From positions 66-64,065 of IMG/VR virus record IMGVR_UViG_3300008267_009718: DNA of 64,000 bases. The stretch is one strand, 5' to 3'. How positions within the stretch are numbered: position 1 is the stretch's first letter; every line of letters begins with the position of its first letter. The notes under the pieces were generated by a model. It was not told where the DNA came from. It did not search any database and was given only the letters and a program-made list of their open reading frames with translations. This document shows, in pieces, positions 1-9,352 of the stretch. This stretch comes from a virus (Duplodnaviria > Caudoviricetes). Both the position numbers and the translations under genes were made by a program.

Positions 1-1
1 C

Positions 2-841
2 TCCAACAATCCCACCATTTAGGGCGTAGTTCGTATTAGAGTCTCCACCACCAATGAAACTCATAGTCGCACCACCGAGATTGCAACAACCACCAAAAAC
101 AAATGCCCCACAACCACCATTTGCAGTGTTTAGATATCCTCCACCAATTGCACTATAATATGAACCTGTTGTATTGTTTACCCCACCACCAAGAAAATTA
201 CCCCATCCATTACTATCAACATAATTCCCGAAACCACCGGCTATAACCGAATATACGCCTTCTGATGTATTAAAATAACCACCACCAATTGATGACCATC
301 CCCCATTAATTGTATTTTTATTTCCTCCACCTATTGTGGTAATGTAGCCGCTCGCGGTATTAAGCACACCCCCAAGAACTGAACCGTATGAACTGTCAAC
401 AGTATTTCCACTACCACCCCCAATATTAGAAAAAACATTTAACGATGTATTTAGTATTCCACCAACAACCGATGAACAACTTCCAGATACCATATTGTAT
501 TCTCCTCCACCTATGACAGAGGACTGTCCCATTGTAGTATTTTTATATCCACCACTAGTTGTTGAATATAAATCACTTGAAGTGTTACATAAACCACCAC
601 TTACTGTCGAATAATTACCGGCAGCCTCATTATCATTAGCACATCTTTCAACAGAACCAATACCCGAGCTCACTACCATTATAGATGTCCCTCCTGTTAA
701 TGCAGCAATAACTTGCTGAAAGCACGCTTTGTATGAGGATCCAGCGGGATTACCCTGAGAAGTGTCATATGGATCTACTATATGAAATAAATCCGTTAAA
801 TTAACTCCCGTTGCTGATATCTGATCCGTTAAAAATGCCAT
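2..841 (-). CDS. Tail fibre/adhesin-like protein with 14-residue SxIxGGxxN beta-roll repeats (partial, runs off window start)
   Basis: Manual translation from ATG at 841: MAFLTDQISATGVNLTDLFHIVDPYDTSQGNPAGSSYK... then repeats such as STVSGGLCN, SVIGGGEYN, SVVGGILN, SVLGGVLN, SSIGGGYFN. Not in the ORF track because its stop lies outside the window. Confidence 0.7.
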   Translation of the reverse strand, partial: MAFLTDQISATGVNLTDLFHIVDPYDTSQGNPAGSSYKACFQQVIAALTGGTSIMVVSSGIGSVERCANDNEAAGNYSTVSGGLCNTSSDLYSTTSGGYKNTTMGQSSVIGGGEYNMVSGSCSSVVGGILNTSLNVFSNIGGGSGNTVDSSYGSVLGGVLNTASGYITTIGGGNKNTINGGWSSIGGGYFNTSEGVYSVIAGGFGNYVDSNGWGNFLGGGVNNTTGSYYSAIGGGYLNTANGGCGAFVFGGCCNLGGATMSFIGGGDSNTNYALNGGIVG

Positions 842-873
842 CTCAATTTTTTATATAAATACTTAATATCCGT

Positions 874-1176
874 TTATTGGAATTGGTAAATTTCATAATT
901 CATAAAGAAGAAATCGTCCCCGTCTTGGAATTGCTTTTCTATTGGTGGTATTTCAACACAATTAAGAACAATAAACTTCTCACAAGTGGGATTTATTATC
1001 TTAACCCCAATTGCAGGTGCTGTGTCAAATTCAACAGGAAGTGTAATTATTGCTTGCGGCGGGATTAACGTATTAACTGTTGCAACTAAGATACAATCAT
1101 TACCATATACATTACAAATGTAAATTTCATAGGGTAGTGTAAGTCCAGTAACATTATTTATTTGTAATTGTGTCAT
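874..1176 (-). CDS. Small virion-associated hypothetical protein with C-terminal KQFQD...YQFQ motif
   Basis: 100-aa ORF tightly packed in the structural operon; C-terminus resembles that of the neighbouring 740-aa protein. Confidence 0.65.
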   Translation of the reverse strand: MTQLQINNVTGLTLPYEIYICNVYGNDCILVATVNTLIPPQAIITLPVEFDTAPAIGVKIINPTCEKFIVLNCVEIPPIEKQFQDGDDFFFMNYEIYQFQ

Positions 1177-1179
1177 ACT

Positions 1180-3402
1180 TTATTGAAAAATATACTCATC
1201 CCCATCTTGGAATATGAATTCAAAATCGTCTTGAAATACTTTTTGGTATGTCCCACATTCAATACAAGAAATATCATAATCAATAATGAGGTTAATTATT
1301 ATTCTAGTATCGTCTAACCCCGTAGATACTGTTTGTTGACAACCTGTACCTCCTGTAATACACCCACTTTTTATAATTATTTTATTTGTTTCAATGTTAA
1401 TTTCAACCGATGTAATTCCAGAAAACCCATATAAACCATTTTTAATCACATTTACCCATTGTTCATCTGTTGGGTAATCATTTAAACCCGTCGACGTGTA
1501 AAAGACTGTTTGAGCGCTAACACCATTTACATTCAAATCTAATGTAAATGTTGCGGAATTTAAAATACAACCTGTATCACCAGATGTTAAATCAAAAAAT
1601 CCTTCATTTAACATTTGTAAAATCCCTCTTCTACCTAATAATCCTGTATTCTGAAAAATGTCGGAGCAAACTTTATATAATGAACTACTACTATATAATG
1701 TAGTTCCTAATAAATTTGTTGTTTTTGTATAAGAACAACCATTATTATCAATTACTTCTAAAGTATAAGTCCCAGCAGTTAAACCTGTTAATGTAGTACC
1801 CGTTTGCCCATTAACATTTGTACTCCAATTAAATGTAAATGGTGGTTCACCACTTGTTAGTAAAACGTCTATTTCACCATCATTACCAGTTGACGGTTGA
1901 GTTATAAAGAAATCAAAATAAACACCCAAGGAATTGTTGATTAAAGCGATATCTTGTTGTTGACATCCATCCGCATCAGTTACAAATATATTATATAAAC
2001 CCGGTGATAAGTTATTGAATGTTGAGATTGGACCTGGAGGATAACCTGATATCTGATATGTATATGGTAAAGTACCTCCTGAAGAAGCAATAATTTGTAT
2101 TTGTCCATTATTAAATCCACACGTAGTTCCTGATGTATTAGCACTTATTGTAAATAAGTCCGTATTACCAACAATCGTAGTTGCACTAAACGTACAAATC
2201 GCATTTGTCACCTCAATAGTATATGTACCACTAGAAATAGGATAAAACGAGTAATTAAATCCCGCAGTATTTGTTGAGACTGTATTTCCTAAAGTATCTT
2301 TTAGGGTATATGTAAAAGTTCCACCTGGTGAACCAGCATCTAAAACTATACTTATCGAACCATCATTATTATTACAAAAAGAATTATTTGTTGTGATTGA
2401 CACAATTGAGAATCCATTAGGTGTCATTATTTCTGTGGAATCTGAATAGGTACACAATCCTGCGTCTGTCACATTTACAGTGAAAACACCAGAGGACAAC
2501 CCCGAAAAGGTAAAAGTATTCGAAAATGTTACACCAAAGTCACCATTAGATCCCTGAAAATAATATGGAGGTGTTCCTCCAACCACTAAAACTTCAACAG
2601 TACCATCATCCGTGAAACAACTCGGTGCTGTTGTTATGAATGATGCAATCGACACAGGATTCACTTGCTGCACTAAAAATGTCTGTGAGTTTATACACCC
2701 ATTAGAGTCAGTAACATTTACAGAATAAACGCCAGCAGTTAATCCTGTTGCAGTCGATCCTGTTTGTCCATCACTCCAATCATAAGTATATGGTGGATTA
2801 CCAGTTTGTCCAGTAATTACAACCTTACCACTTCCAATAGGTGGTGTACAACTTGCATCATTAACAACATAACCCCCATATGTAAATGTCGTGGATGATG
2901 CAACAATACAAGATTCACTTTTTCCTGTACACCCACCACCATCATCTGCAACAACATAATATGTACCTGCAGAAATAGAATTAAAAACAACAGAGTTACC
3001 AGCATTTAATGTTTGATCGATTAATGTATGTGTTATATCATATAAATAAAAATCACCACCATCACCATAAAAACTTTGAGTATAAGCGGTTAGTGATCCG
3101 TTTGATGATCCGCAAGTAGTGTCTTGACTATCTAAAGAAACACAAGTTCCTGATGATATATAAATTGGGTAAACTTGTGAAACAAATGTTGCGTCGGTTA
3201 TCGTGATTGAATAGGTTCCTGCGGGGATGTTTTCAAGGGAATAGTATGTCGTTGCCCCTGACGTTGGGAAAGTTCCGGTTGTTGGGGCAGTTTCGAACAC
3301 AGACCAAGGTGATGATGTACCTGTTATGTCAAAATATATCGCGCCAACACCTGTATTTGAGCAGTCCCCTGTGACTGAATAGTTATATAAAGTAATACTC
3401 AT
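1180..3402 (-). CDS. SprB-repeat-containing virion adhesin/fibre protein
   Basis: Multiple repeats of the type CxxxxG.I....GGxPPYTY.WS.GQTGSTATGLTAGxYxVxVTDxNGC, typical of the Bacteroidota SprB repeat. Confidence 0.8.
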   Translation of the reverse strand: MSITLYNYSVTGDCSNTGVGAIYFDITGTSSPWSVFETAPTTGTFPTSGATTYYSLENIPAGTYSITITDATFVSQVYPIYISSGTCVSLDSQDTTCGSSNGSLTAYTQSFYGDGGDFYLYDITHTLIDQTLNAGNSVVFNSISAGTYYVVADDGGGCTGKSESCIVASSTTFTYGGYVVNDASCTPPIGSGKVVITGQTGNPPYTYDWSDGQTGSTATGLTAGVYSVNVTDSNGCINSQTFLVQQVNPVSIASFITTAPSCFTDDGTVEVLVVGGTPPYYFQGSNGDFGVTFSNTFTFSGLSSGVFTVNVTDAGLCTYSDSTEIMTPNGFSIVSITTNNSFCNNNDGSISIVLDAGSPGGTFTYTLKDTLGNTVSTNTAGFNYSFYPISSGTYTIEVTNAICTFSATTIVGNTDLFTISANTSGTTCGFNNGQIQIIASSGGTLPYTYQISGYPPGPISTFNNLSPGLYNIFVTDADGCQQQDIALINNSLGVYFDFFITQPSTGNDGEIDVLLTSGEPPFTFNWSTNVNGQTGTTLTGLTAGTYTLEVIDNNGCSYTKTTNLLGTTLYSSSSLYKVCSDIFQNTGLLGRRGILQMLNEGFFDLTSGDTGCILNSATFTLDLNVNGVSAQTVFYTSTGLNDYPTDEQWVNVIKNGLYGFSGITSVEINIETNKIIIKSGCITGGTGCQQTVSTGLDDTRIIINLIIDYDISCIECGTYQKVFQDDFEFIFQDGDEYIFQ

Positions 3403-6401
3403 TAATTACATAAAATATTAAAGTTTATTCCAACACTTAATACAAAAGTCTGCACAATATCTAAAGGTATACAAGTATTATTGTAAACTGTAAAGTTATT
3501 TAAACTATCATCAAAATAATAACTCAAACCAAAATCCTCTAAATTAACAAAACTTGACTGTAGCGCATTAAACCACTGTTGTTCGGTTGGTATAGAGAGG
3601 ATATTTCCATATCCAACTCCATTAAAGAATGGATAAGTTATTATAGTAACTCCATTGAATTCCACATTAACAAACCAACTACTTTGTAGAGTATTTAAGT
3701 CACAATCACCGAAAGTTAAACCAATTGAGGTTAAATAATCACTTAGTAGGGTACCTAAAATACCCCCAAATGAATTGACAAGTGGATTTGTATTCCACGG
3801 ATAACTTGAACAATACACTTTTTGTATCGGGCAATCATACGCAAATAACTGCCCATTAAGTACACAAGGGTTACAAGGTACGAGTACAATTTGACATCCC
3901 ATTTGTCTTCTCCATACAAATTTTTGTCTATGAAATATTGAATTTTCGTACTTTGTACCAGCATTCCAAATTGTCGTTGCTGGAACCATTTGCTCTATAA
4001 GTCTTATCCAATAGTCACCAATTCCGTTTACATAATCTATCATTGTCTGATAAACAAAGTTATCATTTTCAATTCCTGCTAATTCTCTAGATTCCAAATA
4101 TTTCCAATATATTGACTGTAGAGTTGGGTATCCTCCAGTTTTACCATCAGTAATAAATTGTCTGTTTCTTACATTGATTGTGTTATGCCAAAAAGTTTGT
4201 GCAAACTCAAAAAATGTCTTTTCTCTTGGTTTTGGTTTTATTTCTGTCCAATCAATACCCCCTCTTTGTGGATAAGGTGACACAACATTACAGGAATTTG
4301 GTGGTATGTAATTTAAACCCTCCTCTGGTATTGGATAATTGTATTTTCTTGACATTACCCACACATCATATAATAAACCTTGTGATGGGTTTAAAAATAT
4401 ATCAACATTTTTTACATTCAATACCAATCTATCATCACCAACCGTATAGTAAGCATTAAAATTACCATCAAAATTTCTTCTCAAAAATCCTAAGTTTGTA
4501 AACCAACTTTTTTTATTATCTACTATCTTTTTTAATTTAAATCCTTGTTCCATATATGGAAATTGTTTATATCTTTGTAGATATTCATCACCATAATTGA
4601 ACGGAAGTAAATTTGTTTGTATGTTTGGGTTAGACCCAGTAAAAACAGATGTTGTCAAATCAACTTGTGCTGGCATTCTATGTTGTGGGGTTGATTCAAT
4701 CCAACCACCACCTATTTGGAAAAAGTAATTTTCTCTCTCAACAGGCATACTCGGATAACCAAAACTATCAATTGGGTAATCATTACGAACTACGGTAATA
4801 TCCCTTGTTATCGTGTTTGTTGTAAAACCCGTATATTGAACCCCCATAATTGAAAATATGTCTGTGGTGTCCAATACAGGTAATTCTTGCACATATGTCC
4901 CCCCAGACAAAAGTTTGTAGTTTTCGTTAAATTGAGAAAGATTTATTTTTTGATCTGCAATATAAACATATTCATTAAATTCAGTTATTGCTTCAGGCGC
5001 ACCAATTAATCTCATCAACATTTCTATTGATTTTCTTGTACCTTTTGACTTAAACAAATAAGCAGAATTTAAAATTAAATTTCTATAATATTGATAGTTA
5101 ATCTCCTCTGGTGTCTTACCTTCGGGTAAACCAGTGAAAGTATTTGTCCCTGTTGTGAACACAGAACTTAATAAATCTTCGTTTGAAATTGGTGATATAT
5201 TATCTTTCCAACCTAATGTTTGTGATAAGTTTTTTAATAGCTGAGATGGAATATCATTTTTAACAGTGTAATGTACTGAATTCATATAAGCAAGAGCACC
5301 TATGAATTTTTTCGTCTCATCGAAACTTCTACCATATATTTGTAGGACTTTTTCTATTTTTTTATCCTCAGTATCAAACTCTTTTATTGCACCAGTTGTC
5401 AAAAATCTTGATATGAGGTTAGTTCTGTATAAATCTAAATTTTCCGCAATTACACTTAACTTATTCAAATATTCATCAAATTCTCTACCTGAAATATTAA
5501 GATTCCAAACTCCGTTTATTGGGAATCTAGCAGTCTCTTTTATTATGGTATAAGTCCCATCATCATTTTCTTGCGGTTTATTAAAGTACGCAGTGTATTT
5601 GGGGACAACTTGTCTGTTCAATAAAAAATTTTCAACCTGATCGAACTCCTCATTGAATACTTTGTTTACGTAGAAGTCATTCGGTCTAATAAGTATTGTA
5701 TTTGTTATTTCACTAACACCACTAAAAGGGTTACCCTCGATATATATTTTTAAAGTAGTATCTTGAGGAGTTGTAGGTATCAAAGTATTAATTGGGTATT
5801 CTTTACCATTAGTGAATAATGAGTATTTGTTAAACTCAACTCCTAAATTTCTCAAATTAGAAACTTTTATTTCCCTTAATTGTAAGTTTCTTGTTGATTC
5901 TTGTGTAAAATCAATATCAAATGGGTTTCTTAAAAATTCGAGAGGTATCTCCAAATAAGTCTCATTTTCTATAACATCATATGAATTTGTTGATACTGTA
6001 TATCCCGTCACAAAACTAGGTGACGTACTTGTGATTTCTAATCCAGCGGGAAAATAATTAATGATTTTTGTAATTGATACAGAAAATCTTTTTGCCAATG
6101 AACCAAAAATTGTAAAATTTGTTATTTCACTTAAATCATAATTTGGGTATACTTGAAAGTTTTTATTTACTAAAAGTTTCGACTGCTCAATATCTGCAAT
6201 GTTCATTGAGTCTAATGAAATCGGATCAGAAAAAGAACCAATAGTAAATGTCCTATTTACTTTTTCGGTTACATTTGTAGTAAATTCAAAGTTAGCCTGT
6301 GTAAAACCACCTCCATCAACTAATTGAAGTCCAACTAAATTATCCGAAAAACTCCCTTCCCCGCTAGCCTGTGGTGGACAAGTATACTTTATAACCGCCA
6401 T
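3402..6401 (-). CDS. Baseplate wedge-like structural protein (P2 gpI / T4 gp7-like core)
   Basis: Motif YLFKSKGTRKSIEMLMRLIG preceded by QLLKNLSQTLGW; located in the baseplate cluster. Confidence 0.6.
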   Translation of the reverse strand: MAVIKYTCPPQASGEGSFSDNLVGLQLVDGGGFTQANFEFTTNVTEKVNRTFTIGSFSDPISLDSMNIADIEQSKLLVNKNFQVYPNYDLSEITNFTIFGSLAKRFSVSITKIINYFPAGLEITSTSPSFVTGYTVSTNSYDVIENETYLEIPLEFLRNPFDIDFTQESTRNLQLREIKVSNLRNLGVEFNKYSLFTNGKEYPINTLIPTTPQDTTLKIYIEGNPFSGVSEITNTILIRPNDFYVNKVFNEEFDQVENFLLNRQVVPKYTAYFNKPQENDDGTYTIIKETARFPINGVWNLNISGREFDEYLNKLSVIAENLDLYRTNLISRFLTTGAIKEFDTEDKKIEKVLQIYGRSFDETKKFIGALAYMNSVHYTVKNDIPSQLLKNLSQTLGWKDNISPISNEDLLSSVFTTGTNTFTGLPEGKTPEEINYQYYRNLILNSAYLFKSKGTRKSIEMLMRLIGAPEAITEFNEYVYIADQKINLSQFNENYKLLSGGTYVQELPVLDTTDIFSIMGVQYTGFTTNTITRDITVVRNDYPIDSFGYPSMPVERENYFFQIGGGWIESTPQHRMPAQVDLTTSVFTGSNPNIQTNLLPFNYGDEYLQRYKQFPYMEQGFKLKKIVDNKKSWFTNLGFLRRNFDGNFNAYYTVGDDRLVLNVKNVDIFLNPSQGLLYDVWVMSRKYNYPIPEEGLNYIPPNSCNVVSPYPQRGGIDWTEIKPKPREKTFFEFAQTFWHNTINVRNRQFITDGKTGGYPTLQSIYWKYLESRELAGIENDNFVYQTMIDYVNGIGDYWIRLIEQMVPATTIWNAGTKYENSIFHRQKFVWRRQMGCQIVLVPCNPCVLNGQLFAYDCPIQKVYCSSYPWNTNPLVNSFGGILGTLLSDYLTSIGLTFGDCDLNTLQSSWFVNVEFNGVTIITYPFFNGVGYGNILSIPTEQQWFNALQSSFVNLEDFGLSYYFDDSLNNFTVYNNTCIPLDIVQTFVLSVGINFNILCN

Positions 6402-7309
6402 TATCCTGTTATATTTGTAAAGTTTTTAGTAAAATCAATATTATCACCTCTATCTTGTCTTACTTCATATAATAGTTCATTGAACTGATCTCTAATTTCA
6501 TAAAGATTGTATTGTTTGTAAATATTATTTCCACTATCGTAGATTGTATATACTCCATCATCAATTGATTTAGTTTGATTACCATATAGTGCTATTGCAA
6601 GTGTTGAAATATCGTGTTCAACTATTTCAATCTCAGTTGTTACTGGATTAAAAAAAGTATTACTAACTATAATATTCTGATTAGGTTGTCCTATAAACGG
6701 TGTTGCATTTGGTTTATTAGTGGGTGACGATGATGGCGACAGAGTACAAAAAACTAAATTTGTTGTACCTTCTGTGTATCTGTACCTTATTGATTTTTGT
6801 GATGTGTTTGTTAAATTTTGAACCACTGGTTCACAATAAAATGAAGATGTTATCATTCTAAAGAAATTAGGTATCTTTGTACCATCTGAGTTCAAATACT
6901 CCACTCTGAAACCAACTAAACCTTGATTAACAAACTTATTTCTAAACTGTGTTGGTACATTATTAACATCAATAACAATACCTTTTACATTTGGTAGTGC
7001 TGAAAGAATTCCACAATCTGTTATTCTTGTCCTAATTTCTGCAGGACGAATATATAATGTATATATTCCCAAACGATTAAATACGTCAGCGGGAAGTTTC
7101 AAATTGTACAACCCACCCATTATTTCCACATTTGCATTACCCCCTGTTTGGTTATTATTGAAATAAGGTCTTAATATTGTTCTTGCATCGAGTTTGGTTA
7201 ACACAAAATTTTCAGTGTCATCTCTACTTGGTGTGTAATTCAATATGATATCAACATCATCTGGACTTACATCTGCGGGTCTGATTGTTCCGTAACTACC
7301 TGTTGCCAC
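6401..7309 (-). CDS. Putative virion structural protein (GTG start)
   Basis: 302-aa ORF, TATTTAT motif upstream, translationally coupled to the wedge gene. Confidence 0.55.
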   Translation of the reverse strand: MATGSYGTIRPADVSPDDVDIILNYTPSRDDTENFVLTKLDARTILRPYFNNNQTGGNANVEIMGGLYNLKLPADVFNRLGIYTLYIRPAEIRTRITDCGILSALPNVKGIVIDVNNVPTQFRNKFVNQGLVGFRVEYLNSDGTKIPNFFRMITSSFYCEPVVQNLTNTSQKSIRYRYTEGTTNLVFCTLSPSSSPTNKPNATPFIGQPNQNIIVSNTFFNPVTTEIEIVEHDISTLAIALYGNQTKSIDDGVYTIYDSGNNIYKQYNLYEIRDQFNELLYEVRQDRGDNIDFTKNFTNITG

Positions 7310-7362
7310 TTTAAAATTATTTTATAATTGTTTATCGTTTAAAATATAAATACTTAAAATCA

Positions 7363-8532
7363 TTATTTTTCCACATTAAAAAACCCATATCCATATTTCA
7401 CCAAATCACCTAAATTATCCACCTCACCAAGTCTTTCAACATATTCCAAAGCTGACATTTTTCCTCTTTCAACAAATAAATTTGTAAGTACTTGAGGTTG
7501 ATCGATTACATTTATTAACGCTTCATTTTTTGTTATTGCGGATAAAACTAAATCATCTTCAGTAAACCCTGATGATTGTATCACATACAGAGTCGTACCA
7601 TCGGGGTAGTCATAATAGTCCACACCATCAATTGTATACGCAATGTATGTGTTGTTTGCATCTGGACCCCAATATGTCCCTACACTATTTGTTGTTCCTG
7701 TAACCTGTATTCCTAATTTAAATTTTCCATCTATTAAAGTATATTTAGGACCCCATTGAGCTAAATCATTTACAGATGATTGAGTGTATCCCGTTATAAT
7801 AAAAGGGACGGTTGTATTATTAAAACTATAATAATCATCAATATTTGTATTAGAATCCCCTGAAAAAATATAATCATAATTAAAGGATGTTGCCGACCAA
7901 CTACCTCCTGCAGGTGTAAATGTCGCGAACCCAAATGGGTTTGAGTTAGGTACAAATACAAATGGAACTGTTATTTGTTTTTTTACTTTTGATATACCCC
8001 AAGGTGATGACGCTGTCAATGTTATCGTATATTGATTATTTCCTAATGGGTAAGTATGTGAAACTGGCGCAACACCAGTTATAGTCTGAATTGTGGAACC
8101 ATCACCCCAATCAAGAGTAAATGTTGTCACTTCCAAATATTTTTTTAATTCCACATCGGATGTATTGTAGAAATAATAGGTATATGGACTTCCTGTTGTT
8201 GCAGAAAAAACAAAGTTTGTTATTACATCTTTTTGTATTATTGCCCCATCAAAAACAGAGTAATACCCATAATCAACAGCAGTTTGTGTTAAAAGAATAG
8301 GTATAGTTAACCCTGTCATTATTGATGTACCACCTGAAGCACCAGTCAAAACCGCAGTCATACCCGTATAAACACCTGTTATTCCACTAATAACGTCCTC
8401 AGTTGTTGCCGTTATAGGGCAACAGGGATCTACATCATATGTGTAATTAATTCCACTAATATAATCTACGGTAATCAAATCCGATTTTATATTTTCTGGT
8501 GATATTTTGAAATAATACTTTTGTTCAATCAT
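7363..8532 (-). CDS. PKD/Ig-like domain virion protein
   Basis: TLDWGDGS...SHTY...YTITLTAS PKD signature; rich in TGxT motifs. Confidence 0.6.
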   Translation of the reverse strand: MIEQKYYFKISPENIKSDLITVDYISGINYTYDVDPCCPITATTEDVISGITGVYTGMTAVLTGASGGTSIMTGLTIPILLTQTAVDYGYYSVFDGAIIQKDVITNFVFSATTGSPYTYYFYNTSDVELKKYLEVTTFTLDWGDGSTIQTITGVAPVSHTYPLGNNQYTITLTASSPWGISKVKKQITVPFVFVPNSNPFGFATFTPAGGSWSATSFNYDYIFSGDSNTNIDDYYSFNNTTVPFIITGYTQSSVNDLAQWGPKYTLIDGKFKLGIQVTGTTNSVGTYWGPDANNTYIAYTIDGVDYYDYPDGTTLYVIQSSGFTEDDLVLSAITKNEALINVIDQPQVLTNLFVERGKMSALEYVERLGEVDNLGDLVKYGYGFFNVEK

Positions 8533-8533
8533 T

Positions 8534-9352
8534 TTATACCGGATTTACATATTGATACCACACTACAGGAAAGTTTTCTCTACCCACCCTCTGTATGTTA
8601 TTATTAGGTCTAAAAACACGATATGTTTTGTCATTATAATCTAAATCAACAACATAATAGAAATAATCTGAACCATCGAAATTATATGGATTTGGGATAG
8701 AGTTTTGATTAACATTTGTCATAGTAATGAAATTACCATTTCTCCCATCAAAAAACTTAGCCGACATATAAAAAGTAGAAATATCTAAAAAATCTTGTTT
8801 TCTTAACCAATAAATAAAAAAACCTTCTTTATCACCCAAAAAATCCAATCTCATTTTAGGTCTTTTAATATTAACATTTGGTAATGATTGTGAAATTGAT
8901 ACATTTTGAGTTAACCCTTGTTGTACTGGTAATATTATTGTAAAATATATTCTTTGTGTTGTTGGATTTGGGGTGTCATAGAAATCTAACTTGAAGAATG
9001 AATTCGTAAATGGTTTACTATAATAGTAAACTTCAGAAGGAGTAAACCCAAGTGCTAAATAACTCATACTATAATTGTTTACAGTAGAAGCGCTTATATT
9101 TTGGGGTAAACCACTATAAAACTTAAATTCATAATTCATTGATGTTTTTATCGGTCCTAATAAATTATAGATTGCATGTGAAAATCTAACCACTTCAAAA
9201 TCCGCAGCCTTTCCAATAACTTCTTCGAATACTGTTTTTTCATATTCTTCAACAGAGTCCGTTTTTCCCCCAAAATCCCACTTCAATTCGATAGGAATAT
9301 CGATTTGTTTATCGTTAGGTGGTAATACTATTTTATATTTATTCACACTCAT
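8534..9352 (-). CDS. Hypothetical structural protein
   Basis: 272-aa ORF in the baseplate operon. Confidence 0.5.
   Translation of the reverse strand: MSVNKYKIVLPPNDKQIDIPIELKWDFGGKTDSVEEYEKTVFEEVIGKAADFEVVRFSHAIYNLLGPIKTSMNYEFKFYSGLPQNISASTVNNYSMSYLALGFTPSEVYYYSKPFTNSFFKLDFYDTPNPTTQRIYFTIILPVQQGLTQNVSISQSLPNVNIKRPKMRLDFLGDKEGFFIYWLRKQDFLDISTFYMSAKFFDGRNGNFITMTNVNQNSIPNPYNFDGSDYFYYVVDLDYNDKTYRVFRPNNNIQRVGRENFPVVWYQYVNPV

Noticed and set aside
1-841. Diversity-generating retroelement acting on fibre genes
   Set aside because: No reverse transcriptase and no template/variable repeat pair visible in this window
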